Positions 26,872-35,549 of a stretch of 49,440 nt of DNA are shown in pieces. Origin of the DNA: a virus (Duplodnaviria > Caudoviricetes); the IMG/VR virus record IMGVR_UViG_3300033076_000596, positions 1-49,440 of that record. One strand, given 5' to 3'. Below the pieces are notes generated by a model. It worked only from the letters and a program-made list of their open reading frames with translations, was not told the DNA's origin and searched no databases. Numbering within the stretch: the first letter of the stretch is position 1; every line of letters begins with the position of its first letter. A program made the translations under genes and the position numbers.

Positions 26872-28257
26872 TTACTTGCCTTTCATCATGCCCTTGCGGA
26901 CTTTGGCTGCACCACCAGCGGCGAAGCGACGGTTAGTGGATGCGGCAGCTGCCAGACCAGCCTGAGAGCGGCCGATCTTGTTGTATTCTTCCATCTTCTG
27001 CTGACGTGCTTTACGCTCAGCCAACAGCTTATTGCGCTCACCAGCATAATCACGAACCCGCGAAGCCCCCTTGGCAATTTCCTTTTCGCGTGCGCTGGTA
27101 TCAAAGAAGTCCGCGATGATATCCCGGCCAGTGCGAACGGTATCCTTTGGACGCGTAGCAGCCGGCGTAGCGGGACGCGCAGCAGGACGTGCTGCAGCCG
27201 GCGTAGCGGGACGCGGCGTGGCAGCTGGAGCAGCATTCTGCGTGGCGGCTGGAGCAGCATTCTGCGTGGCAGTCTGTGTCTGCGTCGCACGGCGTGTGAC
27301 GGGCGCAGCACGACGTGTAACAGTCGCGGCCTTCGCCTTCGGTGTTTCAGCACTCGGCATGGCGCTGAGGCCCTTGAGCGTAGCGCCTACGTCGACGGTC
27401 TTAGGAGCAACAGACTGGCTGCCCTTTTTCGCCATCGACTCGTCAAACTCGCGCTTGGCCATGCTGGCGCCCTTAGTCTGGCGGGCTTCGCGCAGAGCTG
27501 CCTTGGCAGCCTGTTCTGCGGCTTTCGTCGCAGTACGGTCAGCGCCAGTCTTCTTGGCGTAATCGTCGGCGATGTCGGCCTTCTTGCGTTCGAACTTCGC
27601 CTTGGCGACGCCTTCGTTCTTACCCTTGGCAAGTGCGACCTTATAGGCCATCTCGACCTTGCGCATACGCGCTTCCATGCGATCCTTGGCTTCGCCGCCT
27701 TCAGCAAAGTTACCAGCCTTGATACGCGACATAACGCGCTTGGCGGTGTACTCGTCAGTCGGGCCGCCGTCTTTCATGACAGGCGTGCCCTTGGCCGCAG
27801 CGCGGGCGGCAGCGTTCTTCATCAGGCCAGTGAAGTCCTGCTCGGCTTTCATCGCGCGCTTGGCACCAGCCATAGCCTTACCGCCATCAGCGTAGCAGCC
27901 AGCTTTACCGCCACCCTTCTGAGCCGGAATGCCCAAAAGCTTATCAGCACGGGCGCGCTTGGCAGCGTCAGCCTTGGCCTTCTCAGCTTCACGACGCTTC
28001 TGCTCTTCCAACATGCGCTTACCGCGCGCTGTCGTGATCAAAACGTCGTCAGCTTCCGGCGTATTGCGGCCGCTTGCGGCGCCGCCATTATTTTTTTTTA
28101 CGACACCACCAACCTTATAGGTCGGGATCGGGCGTGCATTGGCGCGCTTCTGCAAGGCAGCCGCTGCATTCTTCGCAGGCGCAGGTTCCTTCGTATTCGC
28201 GAAGAACGTCTTACCAAAAATCGCCCGTGCTTTATCCCGTTGTGAGTCGTTAGCCAT
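26872..28257 (-). CDS. Large Lys/Ala-rich protein with [YFM]xxGG motifs (putative internal head protein)
   Basis: Start MANDSQR with GGAGG SD; YKVGG, YADGG, MKDGG, FAEGG, FAAGG; short internal tandem repeats near 27160-27270. Confidence 0.7.
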   Translation of the reverse strand: MANDSQRDKARAIFGKTFFANTKEPAPAKNAAAALQKRANARPIPTYKVGGVVKKNNGGAASGRNTPEADDVLITTARGKRMLEEQKRREAEKAKADAAKRARADKLLGIPAQKGGGKAGCYADGGKAMAGAKRAMKAEQDFTGLMKNAAARAAAKGTPVMKDGGPTDEYTAKRVMSRIKAGNFAEGGEAKDRMEARMRKVEMAYKVALAKGKNEGVAKAKFERKKADIADDYAKKTGADRTATKAAEQAAKAALREARQTKGASMAKREFDESMAKKGSQSVAPKTVDVGATLKGLSAMPSAETPKAKAATVTRRAAPVTRRATQTQTATQNAAPAATQNAAPAATPRPATPAAARPAARPATPAATRPKDTVRTGRDIIADFFDTSAREKEIAKGASRVRDYAGERNKLLAERKARQQKMEEYNKIGRSQAGLAAAASTNRRFAAGGAAKVRKGMMKGK

Positions 28258-28258
28258 T

Positions 28259-30616
28259 CTAGCCTCCAAAAGACCCTTGGTCCCGTTGTAAATCAGCTGC
28301 CAGCTTCATAGCAGCAATTGTTTCCTTTGTCTCGCGATCAGCAGCTTCGCTTTCCGCGATCATCTCAGCCTTACGCAGTTCGACGTTGGCCTTGACCTGA
28401 TCGCTGACTGCCTTCTGCTGAACCTTTTCTGCTTCAATCTGAACCAGAGGATCAGGCTGAGGCTGCTGCTTGTACTGCGGCGCAAGCTGTTGCATCGCCT
28501 GCGCAACCATAATCGCCAGCTGATTTTCCATTTCCGGCGGCATTGGCATACCCGGAGGCGGAAGCGGCTGACCAATCATCTGCTGGACCTGAACACGCAG
28601 CTTGAGCGCCATGTGTTCGTTGATGTGGGCCTGCAGATTCGGGTTTTGCTCAGCGAGTGGCATGTGCGCCGCGATGTGCGCGTCATGATCCTGATACTCG
28701 CCAGCCTTGAGCGGGCCACCCATCATCGCCGTCTGGTTCTCCGTGAGCGGATCCATCGGCATAGGCGGCATCGCCTGCTTGTTCGGCAGCAGAGCTTCGA
28801 CCCGCTGGGGGTCAATGCCCATCTCAATGTACATCTGCCGGAATGCTTCCTGCGTATTGTGCAGTTCAGGCGCCTGCGTCGCAAAGCGCAGCAGAGCCTC
28901 AGCGCGCATCATCCGCTGCGCAGAGCTGCTGATGTTCGGGTCGCTGACCGGAATGACATCGATGTTATTGTCGAAGTCCTCGCGCATAATGGCAGATGTG
29001 CCACCGCGCACAGGGAAGGGATAAGGGGCATCAGGCAGATACTTGCCGAACAGGTCGGCGATCAGCTTCAGTTCCTTGCCCAGAGATTTGTGCGCACGCT
29101 TCAGCGTTGCTGACTGCACGCGAGTCGCAGCTTCCATTAACGCTACCGTTGTTCCCACCGGCGCGTCCTGCCTCCCGTCGCCCACAGCAATCTCAGCCGT
29201 GTTGGCCAGATTGCGCGCACCTTCATATGTCTCCTGCAGCAACTGCAGAGACACCGCTGACGGCTCCTTATAGGGCATCGTCATGATCGCGTTCTGAATC
29301 GGAAGGCCTGCGGTGTCGATCTCGCGGAACTCAGTCGGGCCAATGCCGATATTGTTGTCCTCGATGCGCATGCCCTTCACGCGCAGGCCGCCCGGGAAAT
29401 TGTTCAGCGTACCAGCGTCGATTAGCTGACGGCGAATGCTTGTCGCAGTCTTCGCGCTGTTGCCCAAAATATGGGCATAGCCAAGGCCGTAGAAGCCAAG
29501 ACCCGGGATAAACTTGTAATGCACGAAATAATCGCGCTTCTGGTAGGTTTCGTCGCCCTCATCCCAGTTGCGACGGATCGACAGAACCTTTTTGCTCTGC
29601 TCGTCAACGGTCACAATGTAGGGGAGCGGAATGCCGTCTTCGTTCTCAAAGCCCTTGAGGTCGATATCGGCGTAGATTTCGTAGATATTGTACTCGTCGG
29701 TGCCTTCAGCACCCGGCTCAATGCCCTGAACCTTGTCAACTTCAGCCTGAATTGGCGATTCCGTGCTTAGGTTCTGCTGCGGATCGCCAAGATCTATCTT
29801 GCGATACGCACCGCTCAGCATGGCCAGCTTGAGCTGCTTCTTCGTCATCTGCGTGACGTGCGTAAAGCGCGGCGATGTGCTGAGATCCGTCGTGTTATAC
29901 GACGTAATGAAGTTCTTCGGCGTTACAAACCGCGCCACCGGGCGACCAAGAATGGGGTCTTGATAGCATTTCTTGAACGTCGATCCGACCAACGACAGCC
30001 ACATCAGCATCTGGTCGAACTCTTCGTAATATTCCGGCGCCAACTCCGTCAGGTACAGGTTCATCCAGTCCTGAACGCGTGACGCCTGCGCTTCCAGATC
30101 AGGGTTCGGCACCCCAATGATCTGCGTTTTCACCGGGCCAGCTGCCGGCATCAGCTCGCCGCGCGCAGTCGCCTGCCAACGGATCACAGCTTCCGCCATC
30201 AGTGGGTCGAACACACCACACGCACCATTAAAGGGTGTGGTGCGGTCCTCAAACGTCAGACCCAGCAGCTCGATGCCGCGCTTCATGGTGGTTTCCCACT
30301 CGCCGCGCGATTCCAAATCGTCTGCAACACCCGACATCAACTGTTCGGCAAGACCCGACAGCTCCATGTCCGACAGGTATTCGCACAGATTTTCGTCGTG
30401 TTCGGACTCTTCGACCTCAGCTTCTTCAGATGGCTCGAAGTCCACCTCAACAGAGCCGTCGTCGTTTTCACTGAGCAGCGCGCCGTCAACCATCTGGCCG
30501 CCTTCGTCAGGAAACTCGAACTCGATGCCCGTTTCAGGCATGGCTTCATTCGGCCCACCGATCCCTTCAAGGGCTGGGCGCAACAAGTCAGCTTCGGTCA
30601 TCGGTCTGGTGGCCAT
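28259..30616 (-). CDS. Portal protein
   Basis: 785 aa directly after TerL; FVHYKFIPGLGFYGLG, RQLIDAGTL; Q/P-rich C-terminal barrel-like region. Confidence 0.85.
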   Translation of the reverse strand: MATRPMTEADLLRPALEGIGGPNEAMPETGIEFEFPDEGGQMVDGALLSENDDGSVEVDFEPSEEAEVEESEHDENLCEYLSDMELSGLAEQLMSGVADDLESRGEWETTMKRGIELLGLTFEDRTTPFNGACGVFDPLMAEAVIRWQATARGELMPAAGPVKTQIIGVPNPDLEAQASRVQDWMNLYLTELAPEYYEEFDQMLMWLSLVGSTFKKCYQDPILGRPVARFVTPKNFITSYNTTDLSTSPRFTHVTQMTKKQLKLAMLSGAYRKIDLGDPQQNLSTESPIQAEVDKVQGIEPGAEGTDEYNIYEIYADIDLKGFENEDGIPLPYIVTVDEQSKKVLSIRRNWDEGDETYQKRDYFVHYKFIPGLGFYGLGYAHILGNSAKTATSIRRQLIDAGTLNNFPGGLRVKGMRIEDNNIGIGPTEFREIDTAGLPIQNAIMTMPYKEPSAVSLQLLQETYEGARNLANTAEIAVGDGRQDAPVGTTVALMEAATRVQSATLKRAHKSLGKELKLIADLFGKYLPDAPYPFPVRGGTSAIMREDFDNNIDVIPVSDPNISSSAQRMMRAEALLRFATQAPELHNTQEAFRQMYIEMGIDPQRVEALLPNKQAMPPMPMDPLTENQTAMMGGPLKAGEYQDHDAHIAAHMPLAEQNPNLQAHINEHMALKLRVQVQQMIGQPLPPPGMPMPPEMENQLAIMVAQAMQQLAPQYKQQPQPDPLVQIEAEKVQQKAVSDQVKANVELRKAEMIAESEAADRETKETIAAMKLAADLQRDQGSFGG

Positions 30617-30647
30617 CTTTAATCCTTATCAGCTTATTGGTGCAGCA

Positions 30648-32174
30648 TCAATAGAATGGTTCGCGCTCTCGGGGGCTGTCGTAATATTCTTCCTGCGGAT
30701 CTTCAGTATTAGCAACCCATCCCGACTGCTTAATTCGTAAAAACGCCATTGTCATAGTATCAACCCAGTCGCGCGAGTCCGCAGCAGGGAACTGAACGCA
30801 CTGTTCCAAGAAGTCCGCAGCCCAAGGACGCAGCGTGTCGTATGACGGCCCAGCCGCAGGCAGCCAAACGCGCCCGTTCTCAATCAAATCGGTGATCAAA
30901 CGCACGCGCGCGATCTTGTCGCCGAACTTATCTGGGTTAAACTTCGTCGCCACAATCCCCGCACGCGCCAGATCATTGATCAGCATCTGGCCGTTCGCCT
31001 TCGCCTCCACCAAGATCGTATCAGGCGACCGATTGCGGCTGGGCTTGATCGGCACATTGTAATTATCGTCGCGGTAATCCAGCGCCATCCGCTGCACCTG
31101 ACGCCGCAAAATGGGCCATTCCACCCGACCACGCCACACCGAGAGCAGGATCAGGTTCGGAATACCCTCGTCATTGTCGAATACGCCCCATGTCGTGGAC
31201 GCACTAAACGCCGACGACTTATTCGCCGTCAACGCCGTATCCCACGCCTGTATAACGTACTTCACCTTAGGTGGTTCCTTGGACTTCCACCATTTGAACC
31301 ACGTCTGGTCGATAATACCACCAGAATCCACCACAGGGTTCTGCTGATACAAGCTCGACCAGATACGGCTCGTAGTCGAAGGCTGCCGCTTAATTTTCTC
31401 CAGTTCTTCTGCTGGAAACTGCTCCGGCCACAGCGCCTCTCCGGGCTTACGCCCAAGGATATCGTTCTCAACGGCGAGTGCCGGCAGCGATACACGCTCC
31501 CACTTCTCGCCTTCTCCATCTCTCTCCGCTTGATCCAAGCGGCCCATGTGGTCACCCAAGTGCCAACGGGTACCAATCAACACAATCGGCGTGTTCTTGT
31601 TCTTACGGCGCGTGTAAAAGTCAGCGCCGTACCACGACCACAGCTTATTGCGCTCGCTGTCCGACTCCGCCGCCTGAATACCAGACAGCAAATCGTCCCC
31701 CAGCAGGATATCGCCACGACGACCCGTCACGTTCGCGCCCACAGCAGTCGCGTGATAGCCACCAGCCTTCGTTGTCATCCACTCGCCAGCAGCCGTCTTA
31801 TCCGACGAAATCCCGCTCTCAGGGAATAATCGTGCATGCTCATCGCTCTTTATGGTGTTGCGCACCTTCAAACCGAACGAATCCGACAGCTCCTGCTTGT
31901 GCGTCGCAAAAATGATGTTCCGCTCAGGGTACTTCGCCAAGAAATACGCCGGGAAATAGTGCGACGCCACAAACGACTTCCCATGCCCCGGCGGCATCGA
32001 AATCATCAGGCGCAGAATACGCCCCTCAATAACGTCGTCCAACTTGTCACAGATCAGCTTCATGTGAGGCGGCGGCTTCATCCCACTCACATACTCAATA
32101 TACGCCGCCAGCGACCTCATCGCCTCCTCGCGACGCAGCAGCTCCTTCAGCAACTCATCGCGCTGGAGGGTCAT
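30648..32174 (-). CDS. terL: Terminase large subunit
   Basis: Walker A MPPGHGKS, Walker B-like ILLGDD, GTRWH, nuclease-domain AWDTA and DWVD. Confidence 0.92.
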   Translation of the reverse strand: MTLQRDELLKELLRREEAMRSLAAYIEYVSGMKPPPHMKLICDKLDDVIEGRILRLMISMPPGHGKSFVASHYFPAYFLAKYPERNIIFATHKQELSDSFGLKVRNTIKSDEHARLFPESGISSDKTAAGEWMTTKAGGYHATAVGANVTGRRGDILLGDDLLSGIQAAESDSERNKLWSWYGADFYTRRKNKNTPIVLIGTRWHLGDHMGRLDQAERDGEGEKWERVSLPALAVENDILGRKPGEALWPEQFPAEELEKIKRQPSTTSRIWSSLYQQNPVVDSGGIIDQTWFKWWKSKEPPKVKYVIQAWDTALTANKSSAFSASTTWGVFDNDEGIPNLILLSVWRGRVEWPILRRQVQRMALDYRDDNYNVPIKPSRNRSPDTILVEAKANGQMLINDLARAGIVATKFNPDKFGDKIARVRLITDLIENGRVWLPAAGPSYDTLRPWAADFLEQCVQFPAADSRDWVDTMTMAFLRIKQSGWVANTEDPQEEYYDSPREREPFY

Positions 32175-32431
32175 CCGTCGAACTCAACCCCGTCCAACCA
32201 CGCATCCAACAGCTCATGAACCTTCTGTCGATTCTTCACCCACGCAGGAACCTCACCCACAGGGCCTTCAAACAAAAGAATCCGCGTCTCGTCCTTAAAC
32301 CACGCAGCAAACGCATCGCCCTTCACAAACGTCAGCGTGTCCGGGAGCGTCTCATGGTCCGTAAAACCATCCGCCCGCAACGCGTCGCCGCTCTCAGACG
32401 TATGCAAAAAACCAATACTATACCGCATCAC
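32171..32431 (-). CDS. Hypothetical protein
   Basis: 86 aa; overlaps the TerL start. Confidence 0.6.
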   Translation of the reverse strand: MMRYSIGFLHTSESGDALRADGFTDHETLPDTLTFVKGDAFAAWFKDETRILLFEGPVGEVPAWVKNRQKVHELLDAWLDGVEFDG

Positions 32432-32604
32432 ACATCCCCCTCCTCATGGAAAATCGCCTCCTTAACAGCGTCAGACAGCTTCCCCATCGCCCTCTCACGC
32501 CAGTAATTCGCCGCCTCCATCGAACCCTCAATAACCTTATTCTGTATCTGAACCGCCTCCTCCAGCAGCTCAACACGCTCTTGCAGATCCTTAATCCGAT
32601 CCAT
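32428..32604 (-). CDS. Small coiled-coil hypothetical protein
   Basis: Probable start MDRIKDLQ with GGAGG SD. Confidence 0.6.
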   Translation of the reverse strand: MDRIKDLQERVELLEEAVQIQNKVIEGSMEAANYWRERAMGKLSDAVKEAIFHEEGDV

Positions 32605-33079
32605 CACTGACCTCCGTAAACTCACCCTCAATCAACGCAGGCAACGGCTTCACAGACTCCAGCTCCTTGCTCACCAACGCACGCAAATCCTCCAAGCTCA
32701 GCTCAGCCGCGCGAACGTTATGATTCACCGTCACAACCTGATCCATGTAACCAAGCAACTGCGCCTGCGTCTTCACAGCGTTAATCGCACTCGGAAACGC
32801 CTCCTCCTGCATCGCACGCTCGTGAATCACATCCAACTTCTCCACCAAACCATCACGGCTCAGCGGGTTCACCGGGATGTCCTCACCCTTCTCAATCCCA
32901 AAATCCTTCAATAACGCCAACGTCAAACGGATCTCAGGACGCGCCAGCGTCCGATCCGCCATCACCTTCGCACTCACACCGTTCGTGGCATAGCCAGCAC
33001 GGTTGAACGCCAATAACGCGTCGTCCGATTTGAGATATTCCTTCAAGAATACGACATCAGGATTTTCAGCCATACGCAT
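32591..33079 (-). CDS. terS: Putative terminase small subunit
   Basis: A..RAGY.....A.R.L..P.I HTH-like N-terminus; AINAV..QA.LLG; first gene of the packaging operon. Confidence 0.7.
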   Translation of the reverse strand: MRMAENPDVVFLKEYLKSDDALLAFNRAGYATNGVSAKVMADRTLARPEIRLTLALLKDFGIEKGEDIPVNPLSRDGLVEKLDVIHERAMQEEAFPSAINAVKTQAQLLGYMDQVVTVNHNVRAAELSLEDLRALVSKELESVKPLPALIEGEFTEVSDGSD

Positions 33080-33129
33080 ACAGATACGTCTGCGGATTAT
33101 TCAACGCAATCCCAGAAATTGAAATTTAT

Positions 33130-33355
33130 GGGGGCAAAAAAAATATGGGGGTGGGGGTGGACCCTAAAAGGGGGGTGGGGGGTCAACGAGTTTCCGGAGC
33201 GAATTGTGCCTGAGAGAGGGTACACCCGCACCGCGAAGCGCGTGCGCGCGCGCGAAGTGCCTCCGTGGGGGGTGGTGGGGGGTGGGGGGTGGCGTCGCTG
33301 CCGAACGCTGGCAGGGGGGGGGAGGGGTTATGCATGAGGGGGGGGAGGGGTTGGC
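33130..33355 (+). repeat. G-tract cluster with alternating GC run
   Basis: Many runs of 4-8 G; GCGCGTGCGCGCGCGCG at 33238-33254. Confidence 0.7.
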
Positions 33356-33475
33356 GTCGCATCCCGGGCAATGATCCCACCACCAGGGCGAAGGAATATT
33401 CCTGCAAACACCAGGGCGAAGGCTGGCCGCGTCAACGGCTGCAGAATAATTGCCTGACAAATATCCCTAGGCCTG

Positions 33476-33503
33476 TTGACAAAAGGCGAGCTGGGCGTAT
33501 GCT
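33476..33503 (+). promoter_or_regulatory. Sigma70-type early promoter
   Basis: TTGACA-N16-TATGCT upstream of the first plus-strand gene. Confidence 0.7.
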
Positions 33504-33562
33504 GGCTCCGCCAGCGAGGTGCTGGCGCGGGCCTGACGCTGCCCAACTGAAAGGAACTGACA

Positions 33563-33910
33563 ATGGCATTTCGCATCGCACCCTATCCCGGCCAGACCAT
33601 CGCCCGGGGTTATGCATCGCACGAAGATATTCGCGCTTATCTGGGCTGGGGAAAGCTAGTCGAGGTTCCGCACTGGTCGACAGGCGGGACATACACGCGA
33701 GTCCAATCGCGCAAGCTGCCGATGGGCTTCACGGGCTGGACAATGGTTCCCCTGACTGACGGACGCGAAACCAAGCTGATCTGCCTGACGGGCAACCCAT
33801 CAACTGACGGATGGCGCGGGAAGTCCAGCACCCATCGCTGCTTTGCCATCTGTCCCGATTGCGGAAAGCAAGTCCCCGCTGGCCGCACCCATCAACACAA
33901 GTGCAAGTGA
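33563..33910 (+). CDS. Early protein with C-terminal Zn-finger-like motif
   Basis: CPDC...HQHKC; GAAAGGAACTG SD. Confidence 0.75.
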   Translation: MAFRIAPYPGQTIARGYASHEDIRAYLGWGKLVEVPHWSTGGTYTRVQSRKLPMGFTGWTMVPLTDGRETKLICLTGNPSTDGWRGKSSTHRCFAICPDCGKQVPAGRTHQHKCK

Positions 33911-33921
33911 AAGGAACTGCA

Positions 33922-34134
33922 ATGCAATCCACGCACACCACATACGAGGCCGCTAAGGCGGAACTGCTGGGCGAGGGCTTCACCCGTTACATCTCATGCG
34001 TGAACGGTGAGGAACTATTCAGCAAGGAAGACGGGGATGTCTATCCCAACCGCTGCATCGTCCGCATCCGGTTCAACTGGGTTGCGCCGCAGTGGGGCGA
34101 CAACCTGAACTACTACACCATCGATTTTCTTTGA
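33922..34134 (+). CDS. Early hypothetical protein
   Basis: Start MQSTHTT after AAAGGAACTG. Confidence 0.7.
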   Translation: MQSTHTTYEAAKAELLGEGFTRYISCVNGEELFSKEDGDVYPNRCIVRIRFNWVAPQWGDNLNYYTIDFL

Positions 34135-34145
34135 GAGGAACTGAC

Positions 34146-34313
34146 ATGACCGATAAAGAGAAAACCACGCTGGCTGCGCTGGAAAAAATTCAAGCGTTGG
34201 CCGCCAAATATGGCAACGATCTCGCACTGCCGAATAATGTGGCCGCTATGTTTTATGATATCGTAGAGGACGCAGGGGATGCAATCATAGCAATTAAGGG
34301 GGAAGCCCAATGA
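34146..34313 (+). CDS. Early hypothetical protein
   Basis: Start MTDKEK after GAGGAACTG. Confidence 0.7.
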   Translation: MTDKEKTTLAALEKIQALAAKYGNDLALPNNVAAMFYDIVEDAGDAIIAIKGEAQ

Positions 34314-34498
34314 GCATCAAGCAAACGCTGGCGCAACTGAAGGCAATGGGTCTGAAGGCCCGCTATGACATCGACTGGAAGGAATATCGCGTCACCCTGC
34401 CGGGCCTTGACCCGAAACGAGAAGAGGCCATCGCCTACTACACGAGCGACTCAGAGGACGCGCTGCACACTGGCGCGGCCATGAAAGGCCTGCAATGA
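34310..34498 (+). CDS. Early hypothetical protein
   Basis: 62 aa; ATGA overlap. Confidence 0.7.
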   Translation: MSIKQTLAQLKAMGLKARYDIDWKEYRVTLPGLDPKREEAIAYYTSDSEDALHTGAAMKGLQ

Positions 34499-34584
34499 CC
34501 AACAGAGAACTAATCAACGCCCTATGCGGCATCGCGCTGTTCCTGTGCCTGTTCTGGGCGCTGTGGACAATGACACCCGCATGA
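34495..34584 (+). CDS. 29-aa hydrophobic peptide
   Basis: Not in the track. MTNRELINALCGIALFLCLFWALWTMTPA; ATGA overlap; GAAAGG SD. Confidence 0.55.
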   Translation: MTNRELINALCGIALFLCLFWALWTMTPA

Positions 34585-34649
34585 GTCGAAACCGGGCATC
34601 GCGCCCGGTCTGGCGAGGGCTGGCCGCCCGCCACTGAAGAGACAGGCCA
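34585..34649 (+). ncRNA. Type II hammerhead ribozyme
   Basis: GUC-GAA-ACCGGGC(AUCGC)GCCCGGU-C^-UGGC..GGGC(UGGCC)GCCC-GCCA-CUGAAGA-GAC-A-GGCCA. The catalytic core is complete, all three stems form, and loop I pairs with the 3' tail. Confidence 0.92.
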
Positions 34650-34663
34650 TGAAAGGAACTAAT

Positions 34664-34840
34664 ATGGTTATCACTACACGCGCCCAACGCGAGGCCCTCA
34701 AGCGCATTTGGCTGCGCGGGGCAGACCAGCGCACCTATCGGCAGCTGCGCCGGGATGTGCTGCCGGGATATGATTGCGTCATGCTGCAATGGGCTGGGAT
34801 GTGGCTGGGCATTGAACGCGATGGTTATACGCATAGCTGA
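34664..34840 (+). CDS. Early hypothetical protein
   Basis: Start MVITTRAQREALKRIW after GAAAGGAACT. Confidence 0.7.
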   Translation: MVITTRAQREALKRIWLRGADQRTYRQLRRDVLPGYDCVMLQWAGMWLGIERDGYTHS

Positions 34841-34975
34841 GGCCTGATCGCGCACCCATCGCGCCGCGTGCCTGTTGACGCTGTGTTGACGCGTTGACAG
34901 GCATAGCGGCGCTTTTCGCGTAGGGTTGATCTGCATAGGGATGCCCTTTTCAACGCATTTATCAACGCAAACGCA

Positions 34976-35306
34976 TTTGTGACGCGGTTTTTCGCAGTTT
35001 TCCGCGGGTTTCCAGCGATTTGTGACGGCTGAAACAAGAGGTCGGCGGAAAACGTGACAGAAAAAACGGCAGTTTTCCGTGGGTTTCAAGCCCTCTTATT
35101 ATATATAAACCTATTTTAAGATAGATATATATAATAAGAGGTTTTTATTGATCCCTATGGCCATGGGTGGGGATGCATTCATTTCCCTATATCTATCCTA
35201 AAACGCGTCACAACGTCACAAAACGCGGAGACACTAGGTTTTCTGCTGGTTTCCGCGTCACAAAAAGTGTGACACGAGCGTCACAAAATTGGTCGAAACG
35301 TCACAA
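34976..35306. other. Putative origin of replication
   Basis: Non-coding; perfect 16-bp AT-rich inverted repeat (35092-35107 / 35126-35141) flanked by TTGTGACG x2 on the left and CGTCACAA x5 on the right. Confidence 0.65.
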
Positions 35307-35455
35307 AATAGCTTCAGCAGTCAACAAAACTGAAAAGGTGCTGAAAAGTGCGGAATTGTTCCTGATTAATCCCGATGCCGATTAATGCTAAACGTGACGG
35401 GGCGTGACAGTCTGGCGGCCGGGCTGCTGTTGAAATAGGCTGTTGAAATAATTTG

Positions 35456-35486
35456 TTGACAGCCGTTTGAATAATTTCGTAAGGCT
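35456..35486 (+). promoter_or_regulatory. Possible sigma70-type promoter
   Basis: TTGACA-N18-TAAGGC upstream of 35550. Confidence 0.4.
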
Positions 35487-35549
35487 GACGAATCGCTGTT
35501 GACGCAGTGATGACGCGCCCCGTCTGGGGGCTGATCGAAAGGAACTGTT

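Noticed and set aside
33119-33460. ORFs across the G-tract region
   Set aside because: Gly/Trp- or Pro-rich translations of low-complexity non-coding DNA.
34514-35385. ORFs across the ribozyme and origin region (34514..35089 -, 35167..35385 +)
   Set aside because: No RBS; better explained by RNA structure and DNA repeats.
35486-35545. Second hammerhead near CTGACGA / CGAAA
   Set aside because: Two small hairpins exist, but the stems and cleavage triplet cannot be arranged into the consensus.
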